From contig RDEW01000037.1 in assembly GCA_011109175.1 (NCBI GenBank), positions 189,891-253,890 on the forward strand: a stretch of DNA of 64,000 bases, read 5' to 3'. Positions 11,865-25,030 of the stretch are shown piece after piece. The translations under genes were made by a program, and so were the position numbers. Position 1 is the stretch's first letter, and every line of letters starts with the position of its first letter. The notes under the pieces are model-generated. The model did no database searches, had not been told where the DNA came from, and saw nothing but the letters and a program-made list of their open reading frames with translations. Source of the DNA: Dicyema japonicum. Taxonomy: Eukaryota > Animalia > Dicyemida.

Positions 11865-12500
11865 ATTATTATTAGCACTTTCACGAGAGCCATAATATTT
11901 ATATGTGCAGCAAAAAATAAAAGAAAATTAGTTAGCTTGCTCCAAGCTCTTCTGTTCTTAGCTAAGTCTTCCAGTGTTTTCTTCACGGCTTTCAGATCGT
12001 TTTGTAAAACAACCGGGATGGGTGTTTTCGGTCTTCCACGAAAGCGTTTTATATTGGAGGATCACTAATCTTCTATTGCGATATTCGAGGGGATATCGGG
12101 TCCAACCTCAGGACGTGTCCAAAAAGTCTCCAACAAAAGCTAATGATCTCGTGACTTAATGATGTACAGTCACACTTATTTTACACTCCTTTCCGCAAGA
12201 TCTTGGATGGCCAGGTCATTCCAGTAATGTTTCTTAGATGATTCCTGTGCAACGATTCTAGCTTCTTTAATTCTTCTTTTGAGGTGCCCCAAGTCCCAGA
12301 GTTGTATAGGAGGATTGGTTTGATAAAGGTGTCGTATAACATTATCTTTTGTTTTATGTTATTCCTTTCCGTTTTAGCCATAGGTTTTTCAGCCTGTGTA
12401 ATGCCGCGTTTGCCATGGTTTTTCTCCGTATGATATCTTCACTATCTTTTAATAGGGAGCCATGATTCTTTGTGTGTCTCCATTTCTCTTGATGGTCGAG
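11865..12500 (-). mobile_element. RTE-clade LINE 3' portion
   Basis: IMLYDTFIKPILLYNSGTWG..HRNHLRNITG..FFGHVLRLDPISP. Same family as 28440-31860. Confidence 0.8.
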
Positions 12501-13110
12501 AGTGGAGGGTGATGATTTCTCCAGTTTTGCCAAGTGTTTTATTGACGTAGCTGCCTGGCGTAGACAGGCTTCGATTTTCAGACAGTTCGTCCATGAGAGG
12601 TTTATTCCCCATGAAGCGCAGGCATAGGCAATGGTTGGCTTAATGAATTGTCTGTATAAGGATCCAAGGGGTGGAAAAGGATTATTTAATAGATCTCCAA
12701 ATAGCGATTTAATCACTCCAATTTCCTTCTGGCAGGTCCCGATGGTCTTTTCAATATGGGGAGAAAGACACATATTGGCATCGAATATGATACCCAAAAT
12801 CTTTGGGTTCTTTGTGAAAGCGATTTTGATGTTGCCAATGTATAAGTCAATATATCTGTTTCCGAGCCTTTTATCAAATGTGAACAGAGTGTACGACGAC
12901 TACTCAGGGGAAACTTCCAGACGATTGTGCCTAGGCAGTTTTGCATTTTTTTCAAGGAGTTCTTGGGTTTTCTTTGTTGCACGTATCACATCTTGATCGC
13001 GTGCTCGAATGAGCAGATCGTCTGAATATGCAAGGGCAATTTTATTTTTGGCTTCCGAATTAGGCAGGTCGGACAGAAAAGGCCCAGAGACGACGGAGAG
13101 CCTTGGAGAA
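12500..13110 (-). mobile_element. Jockey/I-like RT C-terminal fragment abutting the RTE
   Basis: YSDDLLIR, KILGIIFDANMCLSPHIEK and LYRQFIKPTIAYACASWG. Confidence 0.7.
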
Positions 13111-13294
13111 CTCCATTTGGTAAAAGTCTACCACAATCGGATTACAATTGAGGAATAAATTGAGAAAATAGGGGATAATTTAACTTTTTACTTAAAATAA
13201 ATTATCATATAATTTAAAATAAAATTTAAAATTTACCCGGCTCGCTTAAGTGGTTTTAGTTGAACTCAGTATTTTAGTTATTATTTTGACATTT

Positions 13295-16061
13295 ATGAAT
13301 GAAAAATATTATGACTCTGAAATCACCAAAAATGTTTTATCTAAATTTTACGAATTAGGAAATTTGGAATGACAATCTTCTTAAAAGAAACTCAAGTGAA
13401 TCAAAATTAACCATACGTTCTAATAATTTTCTCAAATATAGTCCTTCTTCTACCAAGGTACAATTTTCTCTGCTTCCTCCAGTCGTCCTTTATAAAAAAT
13501 GGGATAGAAAGACTGATCGACCTCGAAACTTTCAAACAAGCAATGACTCCGCCAAATTCTTCCTCAAAAACTCCTGATAAACTACCTCCCATCAGTTCAC
13601 CATGTCAGATAGCGAGATCTCCAATCAAATCAAGGCCAACAAGTCGTCAGAGGAACGCCAACTTCCGGCGTCTCAACATGAAGAGACAGTATCACCCACG
13701 TGGCAGGAGAAAGGGGACTAAATTTCCTCGATACAACAGACGGAACATCCGTGATTGGCCTAATGCAACCCAGTCACAATTTGACGGTACTACCATAATA
13801 TGCATTGCAGACGATTTTTTGTGCCATTCATCCGCAAATCCGTTAAAACTTTGTGAGAGCTGTCCTACAGAAGGAGATCCTGGTGACTTGTCGCAGCTCG
13901 AATATCAAGTTCTCGCTCAAATTCTTCAAAGTATCCATTATTTGTAATGTAGGTCAGTCTGTCCTAGCAAATTTGTTCGGTCTTCCATCCGTGCTAAACA
14001 TTTTGGTTGAATCTGCCAGCCAGTTCAGTAGTCTTCGCCAGTCATTCGCCCTCATCTTTGTTGATGATCCCTTTACGACTGAAATGCCACAACTGGTTTA
14101 TGTAGGGGTCATTTTATAGCATTTTAACCGATCAATTCGCTGTATTGATACATTTATGACATACCAGCAGGTCAAATCTACGATTGAGCAACTTTGTGAA
14201 CCTTCAGTCATTGCCTTGGTAGTCTCAGCCAAGGTGGGTCTTAGGACTCTTCCTTTAATCACTGAAACACGTAGACCGGTCTCATTTGTTGCGGTCGTGG
14301 ATGCTCATAGAATTCTTGATATTCCTGAATTTTCCGAAAATATCAGCGATGTAGTTCAGTTCATCAGGGGTTCTTATGGAATTTCACAGTTCTGTGCCTT
14401 CACCTATCTCGTCGATTTGGCCTTGACGCAAAAAATAGCTGAAATGTTTAATGCTTATAGAACTATCTCCAGTAATCAGCAGGTACACCAACTGAACTGC
14501 TATATCTCCTCAAAACTTGATTACCAGGTTACCAAATTACTCATTTCAGACTCTTCTCTCGCTTTTAAGGAGAATTCGATCAAAATTTTCATCTTTTGTG
14601 GTGGTTTGTGATACCACTGCAAGAGTGGACTTTATACACAGTTATATTTGCAGGACCAGATCTTTCAGTATGTCGTTTTAAATTTTGATAGAATCCATAA
14701 CCACAGTTCACCATTATTCTCCGAGAAATCACCGACTTTCCGTGTTCAAAAACCCTCAAGTTGAGTTTCTGATCACCACAGAACGGTTTGCCCGGTTTTT
14801 TCTGACGGAATCTACTAATACTGGTATCATGACCAAACATTGTAGCCTTTATTTGCTTTGGGGTACCTCAATCCCACGAGTTCTTCCTTTCGTCTCTTAT
14901 TTTTATGAAAAACGTCTTTCTGATTATCCCACCTGACGATGTATCTCCTTGGGTTTACTTAGGCTGTTATATACAACAACCTCTGCCGTTGTTCGTACGA
15001 GTTGTACGTGGACAAATCTCAGCTCAGGGATTTTCTAAACAACATTTTTAGTGACTCCAGGAAGTACATATTTGTGTCTTCAGTCATTAATGATGACTTT
15101 GATTTGCCTCAGAATGGTTTAATTGGGGCATATTTTAGTAATCGGCAGGATTTGCTCGACTATTCAATCCTTTGTGGGGTTCAAAAACTTTTACAAAGTC
15201 TCCAACGGAGCTTTTAGACGCTGTATGATCAGATTTATTGGGGACACAGCAGATTGGGAATATTTGTGCTCAAAGGTTTATCCTTGATTTATTGGTGGAA
15301 CTCCTTCCTATCAAAGATTTTTGACTACGCGAAATCTATGATGACTCAGCTCTCATTCGATATTCTTCGTGGGGAACAGGTCTTGTACCCTACTGAATTG
15401 GATTTGGATGTTGTGGACTTTTGTAACGCATGTGGGTACGATATTGGGCAGATAGTGACTGCCTTGTATTCTCTGAAATGGATTCATCATGAGGATGGTG
15501 TTTGCTGGTGTGATTGTAGGTTTGGTTACGAAATCCGGGGTGATACTTGAGATGAGTGATTATGGCTGTGCTTATGTCCACCAACCAGAGATTTTTTCTT
15601 CTGATTTGGTGGAAAACTTGTTTCAGGACATTTGTGACTGTCCGTTGAATATCAGTCGAGGAATTGAGCATGCTTTGCTTATTTATAACATTATCGGGTT
15701 GTGTTGGTCGTTTAATTTTAGCAATTCTGAGGGGGAGGTTGGTTTTCGTAACGTGGAAAGAGATCACATCGAGAGGACTATTATGCTGTTTAATGAACGA
15801 AAACTTGAAAAAGTTGAGTTTCCTTGGAGTCACTCTGATTTGGAGGATTTAGTGGGACGATTTGTAAGGAAGTACCACAATGTGCCCTCGTTGACTGGCA
15901 GAGTAGTGGCGATGATTTTACATGGAATCGGAACGCCTCTTTTTCCAACGTTCATTTGGAAGTCTGTTAAGGAATTCTGGCAGCAGGGACTTTGTTATGA
16001 TTTTATATCTGTAATGAACTGTGCCCATCATTTGTTACATATTCAATCACTTGATATTTAG
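13295..16061 (+). CDS. RECQL4: RECQL4-like protein with a degenerate helicase core (probable pseudo-helicase)
   Basis: Spliced frame with micro-introns (e.g. 13334-13358, 13458-13482) has NFRRLNMKRQYHPRGR (human NYVRLNMKQKHYVRGR), CIDTFMTYQQVKS, PVSFVAVVDAH, TLLSLLR, LDVVDFCNACGYDIGQIVTALYSLKW and the C-terminal TGRVVAMILHGIGTP..FW signature. Confidence 0.88.
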
Positions 16062-16363
16062 TTTTATAATTGTGCTAATATTATATTCTCTATGTTTACT
16101 ATAATCTAAATCAGTGTGTCCCTTTTGAAAGACAAGAAACTCGAAGAATGGAATAAAGAGATGACTGACTTTTCAATTTAATTTTGTTGTGTTCCAAATC
16201 AAAATTGTTTGCTAAATATTTTCATGGTTTTTCGAACTTATCAAAAAGGTAAATTTATTGCGCGTTCAAAATAAATTTTTTGTGGTGATTAGTACATTTG
16301 TTTTTACTGATCATAGTCAACATCCCCTTAGTGCCTACTTAAAATAGTGGTCACGTAGGTGCA

Positions 16364-16705
16364 GTGATCCAAGGGTTGTTTGGCACTCAGGAAATTGATT
16401 CAAGACTCCCATATTCAGTGTCTAAAGTGGACTGCCCACGAATCTCATACTTTTGCAAGCGATCATCCCTAGGTTTCACCGATTTAAAAAAACGATTTGA
16501 TATAAAATTCAAAACCTTAAGAGGATCAGCAGATAAAAATCAAAGTCGCCAAAAATATGCTGTTTCATACAAAGCTTTGATGACAAAAAATATTTATGAA
16601 AATTGGCTATCTTGTATTAACCAAGAAACGAGAGAAAGAAGAAAAATAGCATTACTGATAGATAATGCAACTTGGCTACTTTTATCCAACGGTGTCCAAT
16701 ATTAA
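16364..16705 (+). mobile_element. Tigger/pogo DDE transposase remnant
   Basis: ALMTKNIYENWL..RKIALLIDNA, a pogo DDE_1-type motif. Confidence 0.55.
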
Positions 16706-18033
16706 AACATTTTTTATAAGGTTTTTTAAAAAGACCCTCATTTTCGGGTAAAATGTGTTTCTGTTGTTGGACCCTCATTTTCGGAGAAAACCTTATACCC
16801 ATCAACCAACAATAATAAACACGTGTCGAGTAAACAATTTGTTATTATTTTTCCTCACTTATAAACTCAGTTGTACTTATTGAGATAATGCAACAAAATC
16901 AATAAAAATTATCATTTATTGATTTTGTTGCAGTCATCAACTAAATAAGAACCTTTAGAATTATTTAAATCGTCAGGAATTCAATTTTAACAAGCAATTT
17001 AACAAAATTTGTTTAAAAAACTCAGAAAATTGGATTTACAGTCGTGGGTTCAAATCTGGACTTTTCGATTGTCAATTCTTGTCAAAACAGATTCTACTCG
17101 TGAGGCGACGAGTCTTTCTGTCACGACATAGTTGTTGAAAGGGTCTCCCTACCTTCTCCCTGACCAAATCCACTAGTGAAGATAACATTATGAAAACTTT
17201 TTCACCTATTAGTGAATTGATAAGCGTAAGAGGTGCGATGAAAATGGAAGAAGGCGGACCGGACCTACTTCTTTACCTCTCACAAAAGCGGAAACCTGCA
17301 ATGGACTCTTGGATAATGAATTTAGTTTACAAAAGAAGAAGTTCTCCATTGGATTCTTTCCTTGGATCAATAACCTGTGATCTTGTGCTGGACTTACCAA
17401 GATTGTAAGCTTCATTTCATAGAAGAGTTTCCATGGTACAGATGAAGAAATTTTTTATTATCGCATGACTCTGCTCTACTTGGATGAGTGAGGGGAAAAC
17501 AGGGGAAAAGAAGGGAAACCTTCCGTCAAGTATCTTCAACGGGAATCGAACCCAGGATAACAAAATTGATCTNGTAAGCTTCATTTCATAGAAGAGTTTC
17601 CATGGTACAGATGAAGAAATTTTTTATTATCGCATGACTCTGCTCTACTTGGACGAGTGAAGAAAAAAACAGGGGAAAAGAAGGGAAACCTTCCGTCAAG
17701 TATCTTCAACGGGAATCGAACCCAGGATAACAAAATTGATCTTTTTTTCAATTTTCAATAGATTGTTAAAATTCGTAGTCCAGTTCGCAAAAATTGATGA
17801 AGTCATCCATGCCCTTTTAGAATTGTAATAAAAAACTATAGAATAATAATCATATTTAAATTTTTAAAAATGTTGGCAAATATCAATAAAAAATAAAAAA
17901 AATCGATAAAAATTGAAATTTTAAGAGTGGAATATTTGAGAGAGTTTACTGCATTACGAAATCCTAACTACAGAGTAAATTAAAAATTATTGATAAAAGT
18001 AGTGAATCCAACGTTTTATGAAAAAAACCATTA

Positions 18034-19690
18034 TTAGTTAATAAGTAATTTTTTGAACCGCAAAACATTTAAGATGGATGTCCTCAAAAAGTCGATGTGT
18101 TCATTCTTATCTCCATGAGTAATCTTAAGCATGTTCACGGTCTAAATAGTCCCAATATTTTCTCACCTCCGAATATAACTTTTTTGTAACCGGAAGCCCG
18201 AGATATCCCCTACAAGTTATTATTTTATAAGCCAGCATAGACATATTGGAAGTTATCCCATAAAACATTCTACTTTGATTAAAATTCAACTTGATTCGAT
18301 CGTATATACTTTCCAAAGAACTCAATCCTCCTCGGATATCATTAACTGTGATGAGAAACGATGATAGGTAATATTTCAAATTCGTATAAGATTCGATCGT
18401 ATATACTTTCCAAAGAACTCAATCCTCCTCGGATATCATTAACTGTGATGAGAAACGATGATAGGTAATATTTCAAATTCGTATAATGAATGTGAGTGGT
18501 CGGAAGGAGTCCATTTGTTCAAAGTTTCTATAATTTGTGGAATAGCAGACTCGTCGAAATCTGTTTCTCTACAAATTTGTTAATAAATTACATCTGGGAT
18601 ATTAATTCACCGCATTCTTTACACATCTGGCGACGCTGCTCTAAATATTTCTCATCCACGTTGAAATCACACGTTCTACACCGATTTGATAAGTCCACCA
18701 AGCCTGTCTGGCATGAGGGACATTTAGTAGCATTGATTTCAGCATCAAAGTCATCGTCTTTGCAGCGGGGACATTCACAAGTAAAGCAATAATGTTCTAA
18801 CTTGGCATGCCTGTCTGCTCTATTTTTCATTTTGTCAGTATAGCATATGTAAATATTCTGGAAGTTACGATAAAACCAACCCCCACATCAATATTATCTA
18901 TAGCGACGACTGTCAGTTGAATTCCTTCGTATCTAATAATCGCGTTAGGCACGCAGGAATGGTCATATTTTGAGGCGCTAGAATAACCGTAAATATTAAC
19001 AACTTTAGGTAAAGACCAAGCCCTTCCTTCACGAAATTCGTGTTTTCTGAAATTGTGAATGCGTTGCTGTACATTTTACAGTAAATATCGAAAGTTGTCT
19101 TTACAGTCAGGGAATCGTCGATATCTACGATGTATCTTAAGGCAGAGATGAAAGTTAACTTAAAAATATCTGTCAAAAACTCAGAATCTAAGCAGATTAT
19201 AATAACGGAGTCACTTGAGACCAAATCATTGAATGATCTTTCATCTGAGTCTTTTTGATCCAAAGTCCCTAATTTGTGCTTCAAATAAAATTACAGAATA
19301 CCATTACGATGAGTTGGAAGAATAAACGAGTTTGATCTGAGGGGACTCCTCGAACAAGCTTACTACACTCAAATTTATGGTTTTGCCAAGATTTTTTCTA
19401 AGTTTACAAATTTGTAAAACTTGGCAGGCTAAACTGCAGTAGTAAGGATTTTGCAGTTTTTACATCTTTTGAGATTTGATTCTGCAAAACACCATGAACA
19501 TTTTTTCGCAAGCAATTTTCGTGTCACAACATGAGCCAACAGAAAAGATTGGACGATAATGTCTCCTGGTTTATACGACCTCATGATTTGTATATTTTAA
19601 TCAAGTTTAATAAACAAAAAAATACGTTTTGACTGTTAATAGTCCAATGGAACGAGTAGTGGAGTGGTAGACAGAAATATCTTCATATAT
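18034..19690 (-). CDS. SMYD: SMYD-family SET and MYND domain methyltransferase (frameshifted as assembled)
   Basis: MYND CSWCF..CKNCKIL(YY)CSLACQ..W..HKFEC, SET YSNAFTI..GLYLNASKYDHSCVPNA, post-SET YCFTCECPRC, C-terminal LKITHGDKNEH, and several 22-28 nt introns. A 1-nt frameshift near 19445 and a 97-bp duplication interrupt it. Start codon not identified. Confidence 0.8.
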
Positions 19691-20409
19691 GAGGGACCTC
19701 CGTTAAGTTGATCATTATTAAATTTATTTCATTAGAAAATGCAGACCTAATAGATTTTTTTATATTTGTGGTTTATTAAACAATTTGGTGATAAATGATA
19801 TTAGTAATAATTAAGGCGATTTTGAATCAATGTCAAAAGTGTCGGACAAAATTCAGATGGTTCCGACTTTGAATATCACTGCTGTACATTCCGGTAAAAG
19901 TTCTATGCATCAACGATGCTTAGGATTTTAAAAGTGACACCGTTATTAGTGAATACCTTACTGTGGGACCGGATCTTTTATAAGAACTCACCTGCTAGGA
20001 TTAGTAATGTTTCTATTACTTGAACCTCCGATTAAGTAGAACTCGTAATTTATCTAAGAAAAAAAGAACAGTAATGAAAATCAATCCAAGACATCAAGGG
20101 ACTTGTTTTTATTTTTTGCTTTCATGTGATGTCTAAATAATCGATAATGCTAACATAAATCAGATAAATAATTTTCATTAATATGCATATTTCCAGGTCG
20201 CTTTTATCACATAGCACAATCTTCGGAGACTAGATTTTGCATTAGGGACCCAGCAAATGATTAGTTAGGGATGTTTTCTATCGCACCTTAAAGTTCAGAA
20301 TATGGCATCTAAAAAATAATGCCATAACAACTAAAAACAATAAAAAATCAACATTTCAACCTCAACTAACTTTAGCTTATTTTATTAAAAAAGTCAATAT
20401 TTAAAAAAT

Positions 20410-21015
20410 TAGCAACTTTCCTCTTCTGTCTGATCCCCAGCTTTCTCAGGTCGGTTCGATTCGTTGTCCTAAACAGCTCTGAGAGCGCATTGTCCACTTG
20501 AGACCTTTGCCCATATGACATCTCCGGACTCCGCTTATACTCCAATGTCATGCTCTCTAGGGTTCACTTTTAAACAGGGGGCTGTTGGGGTAGACTTGGA
20601 GCTTCTTATCTACCCCTTTTGTAGATAACCCGTGTAGTACTTTGTTGCAATTCCCCCTTCCCACGTCATTACTAATGGAATAGTGAGGACCTTGCAACCA
20701 CCCCTTTTGTAGATAACCCGTGTAGTACTTTGTTGCAATTCCCCCTTCCCACGTCATTACTAATGGAATAGTGAGGACCTCTCAACTAAACATCTGCTAC
20801 ATCTCGCTTGCAATGAAGTCCTAGTTCATTTTTTCTCCACCTCCACAGTCTGCAAACTGTCTTGTGACGTAGTGCCAACTTCTATGCTGAGGACTTGACC
20901 AGTCTCCTTATTGTGTACCACAATGCCAGCTTTATTTTCCTTGACTAACACTGAGGTTCGGATAATACCCTCTACCTTGATCTGGACCCTGGTGTTTTCA
21001 ACTACAGATTGCACC
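20410..21015 (-). mobile_element. R4/Dong-like element 3' end (RLE domain), degenerate
   Basis: VQSVVENTRVQIKVEGIIRTSVLVKENK..IEVGTTSQDSLQTVEVEK. The 3' region is paralogous to 21270-21450. Confidence 0.8.
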
Positions 21016-21254
21016 TAATGAATCCCCATTTGTTTTAAATAGATAATTCGAATTATTGATTCTAACTCACGTAAAGTCAAACCTCGCAAATTGGCCTGTT
21101 TTTAAATTGGCCACAAAAATTCTATTCTCCTTATTAATTGGCCAATTTTTAAATTTCCCAGAATTTTTAATTTGATTTTTAATATAAAACAATTTTAATT
21201 TAACTTTTAACCAAAAATCCCACTTTATTTAACAAACAATAAAAAAGTTAATAT

Positions 21255-23390
21255 ATTTAATCAACAACATTCCTCGCCTGCCTGTTCGCCAGCCTCCTCA
21301 GGCAGGTTCGATTCTGGTTGCTGAAACAACTCCGAGAGCGCCTTTTCCAATTGAACCCTCTGCCCATATGGCATCTCAGGGCTCTGCTTCCTATACTCCA
21401 GTGTCAGGCTCTCTAGGGTCCGCTTTAACACAGTGGACTGTAGATAGGCCTNNNNNNNNNNNNNNNNNNNNNNNNNNNNNNNNNNNNNNNNNNNNNNNNN
21501 NNNNNNNNNNNNNNNNNNNNNNNNNNNNNNNNNNNNNNNNNNNNNNNNNNNNNNNNNNNNNNNNNNNNNNNNNNNNNNNNNNNNNNNNNNNNNNNNNNNN
21601 NNNNNNNNNNNNNNNNNNNNNNNNNNNNNNNNNNNNNNNNNNNNNNNNNNNNNNNNNNNNNNNNNNNNNNNNNNNNNNNNNNNNNNNNNNNNNNNNNNNN
21701 NNNNNNNNNNNNNNNNNNNNNNNNNNNNNNNNNNNNNNNNNNNNNNNNNNNNNNNNNNNNNNNNNNNNNNNNNNNNNNNNNNNNNNNNNNNNNNNNNNNN
21801 NNNNNNNNNNNNNNNNNNNNNNNNNNNNNNNNNNNNNNNNNNNNNNNNNNNNNNNNNNNNNNNNNNNNNNNNNNNNNNNNNNNNNNNNNNNNNNNNNNNN
21901 NNNNNNNNNNNNNNNNNNNNNNNNNNNNNNNNNNNNNNNNNNNNNNNNNNNNNNNNNNNNNNNNNNNNNNNNNNNNNNNNNNNNNNNNNNNNNNNNNNNN
22001 NNNNNNNNNNNNNNNNNNNNNNNNNNNNNNNNNNNNNNNNNNNNNNNNNNNNNNNNNNNNNNNNNNNNNNNNNNNNNNNNNNNNNNNNNNNNNNNNNNNN
22101 NNNNNNNNNNNNNNNNNNNNNNNNNNNNNNNNNNNNNNNNNNNNNNNNNNNNNNNNNNNNNNNNNNNNNNNNNNNNNNNNNNNNNNNNNNNNNNNNNNNN
22201 NNNNNNNNNNNNNNNNNNNTAAAAAGAAGGTGATTTGTACTGAAACAAACCCCCTCACAATGAACTGGTATTTGCTCAAACCGGTCATTGAGGCAGCGAC
22301 TCAATGGCTACCCTCATGGAGTAGAGCTCCTCGGCTGTTCGAGCATACATCTTCAGGTCATCGATAAAAAGAAGGTGATTTGTACTGAAACAAACCCCCT
22401 CACAATGAACTGGTATTTGCTCAAACCGGTCATTGAGGCAGCGACTCAATGGCTCCAAACAGAGAACAAATAGCAGCGAAGACATGTTATCCCCCTGAAG
22501 GATCCCCCTTTTGAGTTTTACCTCGCCTATCCGGTGCCTATTATAATTCAGATGAATTCTCCACCTATTCATCACAGCCACTACAAAACTGTTGAACCAC
22601 ACAGGCATACGCAGACTGTGTAGGTACTCGACAAGGTAAGAATGATCAACTGAATCGTAAGCCTTCTTCACATCCACCAACATAGACAAAAGTGAGTTTC
22701 TGTGAGACACAGAAAGGCATTTGTTGATCAAAGCCTGCTCTTTTGCCCCCTTACAATTTCGCACAGTACCCAACTGATTCTCGGAGAGAAACCCATTTGC
22801 TTCTACAAAGCTCCTGACCTCATTAGCCACCAATTTGGTTATCAGTTTATACAGGGTTGGCATGCAGGTTATCGGTCGATAATCTGCAGCTGACTGGGGG
22901 TTGTCCAGCTTTGGAATCAAATAAGTTTTCCCGGTGCAGGCCCAATCAGGAATCGTTTCCGGGTTAGTGATGCTTTTCTGTAATACACGACACATAGACA
23001 GACTGGGGGTTGTCCAGCTTTGGAATCAAATAAGTTGTCCCGGTGCAGGCCCAATCAGGAATCGCTTCCGGGTTAGTGATGCTTTTCTGTATTACACGAC
23101 ACATAGATTCGTGCAATGAAGTACATCTTTTAATAAAGAAGTTATACACTTTATCTACCCTGGTCATTTTTCAATCAGGGAGACGTCTCACTACCGCTTC
23201 AAATTTCTTGCGAAAATCGAAAATTCCGCAAGATTCCGCCAAGAAAGGAGCGGCGCTGTACGGGACATTCCACGCATTTCCTCTGCGTGGTTTAGCCTCT
23301 CCACATACTACCCCATGTGGAAAGCATTTCCGCGTCTTGCTGGGAACATACACTATGGCCATTTTCGTGTAGGCGACGGTAAAACAATCG
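21255..23390 (-). mobile_element. R4/Dong-like non-LTR retrotransposon spanning a gap
   Basis: ORF 22285..22995 has RT motifs DYRPITC, DVKKAYDSVDH, GILQGD and LLFIDDLK. C-terminus AYLQSTVLKRTLES lies at 21261-21450. Confidence 0.88.
21452..22219. other. Assembly gap (N run)
   Basis: Run of N. Sequence beside the gap (22220-22315) repeats 22365-22450. Confidence 1.
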
Positions 23391-23404
23391 CGTCTTATTT
23401 TTAA

Positions 23405-24025
23405 TGAAAAAACTCAAATTTTAAATTATAAAATGATTTTATTTTGTGCCAGTAATCAGTGGATAGATTCTCGCACTTGTTTCGAAAGACGATATCAGAA
23501 AAAAAAGTAATCTTTTACTGAAGAAATACACTATTTTGAAAGATTCTAAAAAATATCAACCGTCTTTTAGAGCTGCACAGAAGTTGGTAGAATGGAAGTA
23601 GGTAGTAGAGTTTANAAAAAACTCAAATTTTAAATTATAAAATGATTTTATTTTGTGCCAGTAATCAGTGGATAGATTCTCGCACTTGTTTCGAAAGACG
23701 ATATCAAGGAAAAAAAGTAATCCTTTACTGAAAAAATACACTATTTTAAAAAATTCTAAAAAATATCAACCGTCTTTTAGAGCTGCACAGAAGTTGGTAG
23801 AATGGAAGTAGGTAGTAGAGTTTAGTTAATTAAGTAACCCCGGTCTAACTAACTAGTAGGAGGCCAGTAGAGTTTAAAAGCATCTTATCAAAAAATCAAT
23901 ATCAACCGTCTTTTAGAGCTGCACAGAAGTTGGTAGAATGGAATTTAGTTAATTAAGTAACCCCGGTCTAACTAACTAGTAGGAGGCTAGTAGAGTTTAA
24001 AAGCATCTTATCAAAAAATCAATTT
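23405..24025. repeat. Complex tandem repeat (X-Y-n-X'-Y-Z-Y'-Z)
   Basis: atatcaaccgtcttttagagctgcacagaagttggtagaatggaa occurs three times, gttaattaagtaaccccggtctaactaactagtaggaggc twice, and a ~140-bp block twice across the N at 23615. Confidence 0.85.
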
Positions 24026-24849
24026 TTCAGTAGGTTTTCTGAATGATGCCTTAATATCTACCAAGGCCGCATTTTTGCAAATGAGTTAAAACAACGTTTT
24101 CGACTGGGTCTAGAAAAAAATTCATAGAGGCACCATGAATTTTAAATTTAAAAATCAATAATATCATATTTACAAAAATTTGATTAATCTTTACCATCCG
24201 AATGTCTACCTCACTCTTGAACAGTATTATATTAAACGCTAAAATATGACCCCTAAAATTTTGTCACTGGCAATGTTTTCAAAGAACAAGACTACTCTTT
24301 GGGCATCCTATGAAATTATTTTTTTATTTGCAAAATAATTTGCCTATATAATTGCGAAAAATAGAACGCTTAAGGTGAATTTCTAAAAAAAACCTTCTGT
24401 TGTCTCTATAGCAGATTTGTTCTTGGAGGTGATCGCATCTAAATTTAAGTAGGTTTCCCTTCGAATGATAGGATATTTTGAAGAATTTAAGATATGGCAA
24501 GCGATATTTTGTCAGAGACATTGAAACGTATTAAAGAGAGTCTAGGCGTACCCACAAGTCCCTTAGTGTATTGGTCGTCCTGGAAAAGATTTGATTGATA
24601 ATATCAACAAACTGGTCAAGTGAGGATGCCAAAACTGTGATCTATCCAAGAGGTGGAGATGTCTGGAAAGGAATGTGATATGATTCTTCTAGAATTTCTA
24701 TCGAAAGTTGCTTCTGTATCGTCCAGCTGCATGGGCGTGCCTAGAGGGGAACCATAAAGGCAGCCACCCATAGCAGCATGCTGTAGGAAGAAACAGATCC
24801 AAGTCATAGAGTTCATATTAAGCTATACTTACTTTTTTCTCGATGTTTT

Positions 24850-25030
24850 TTCATCATAGACAAAATTGGCTTCTAGCGATCACGCGTTCTACTGATAGCG
24901 CTGAAAACTTTGGCTACTCAATTGTTAGTTGTGAACGTTCTTTTTCAAAGTTAAAACAGGTACAATCATATTTGATGTCTTTGATGTTAAATCAGCGCAT
25001 GTCAAGTTAATTTTGATCAGCATTGATTCA
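24850..25030 (+). mobile_element. hAT transposase dimerisation-domain remnant
   Basis: SCERSFSKLKQVQSYLMSLMLNQRMS. Confidence 0.6.

Noticed and set aside
17535-17560. tRNA-like B box on the - strand (gggttcgattcccg), and a similar motif at about 35480-35505
   Set aside because: No A box or cloverleaf. At most SINE or tRNA debris.
1594-22304. Long ORFs made mostly of X (1594-1984, 11059-11806, 21261-22304)
   Set aside because: They are produced by N gaps and are not proteins.
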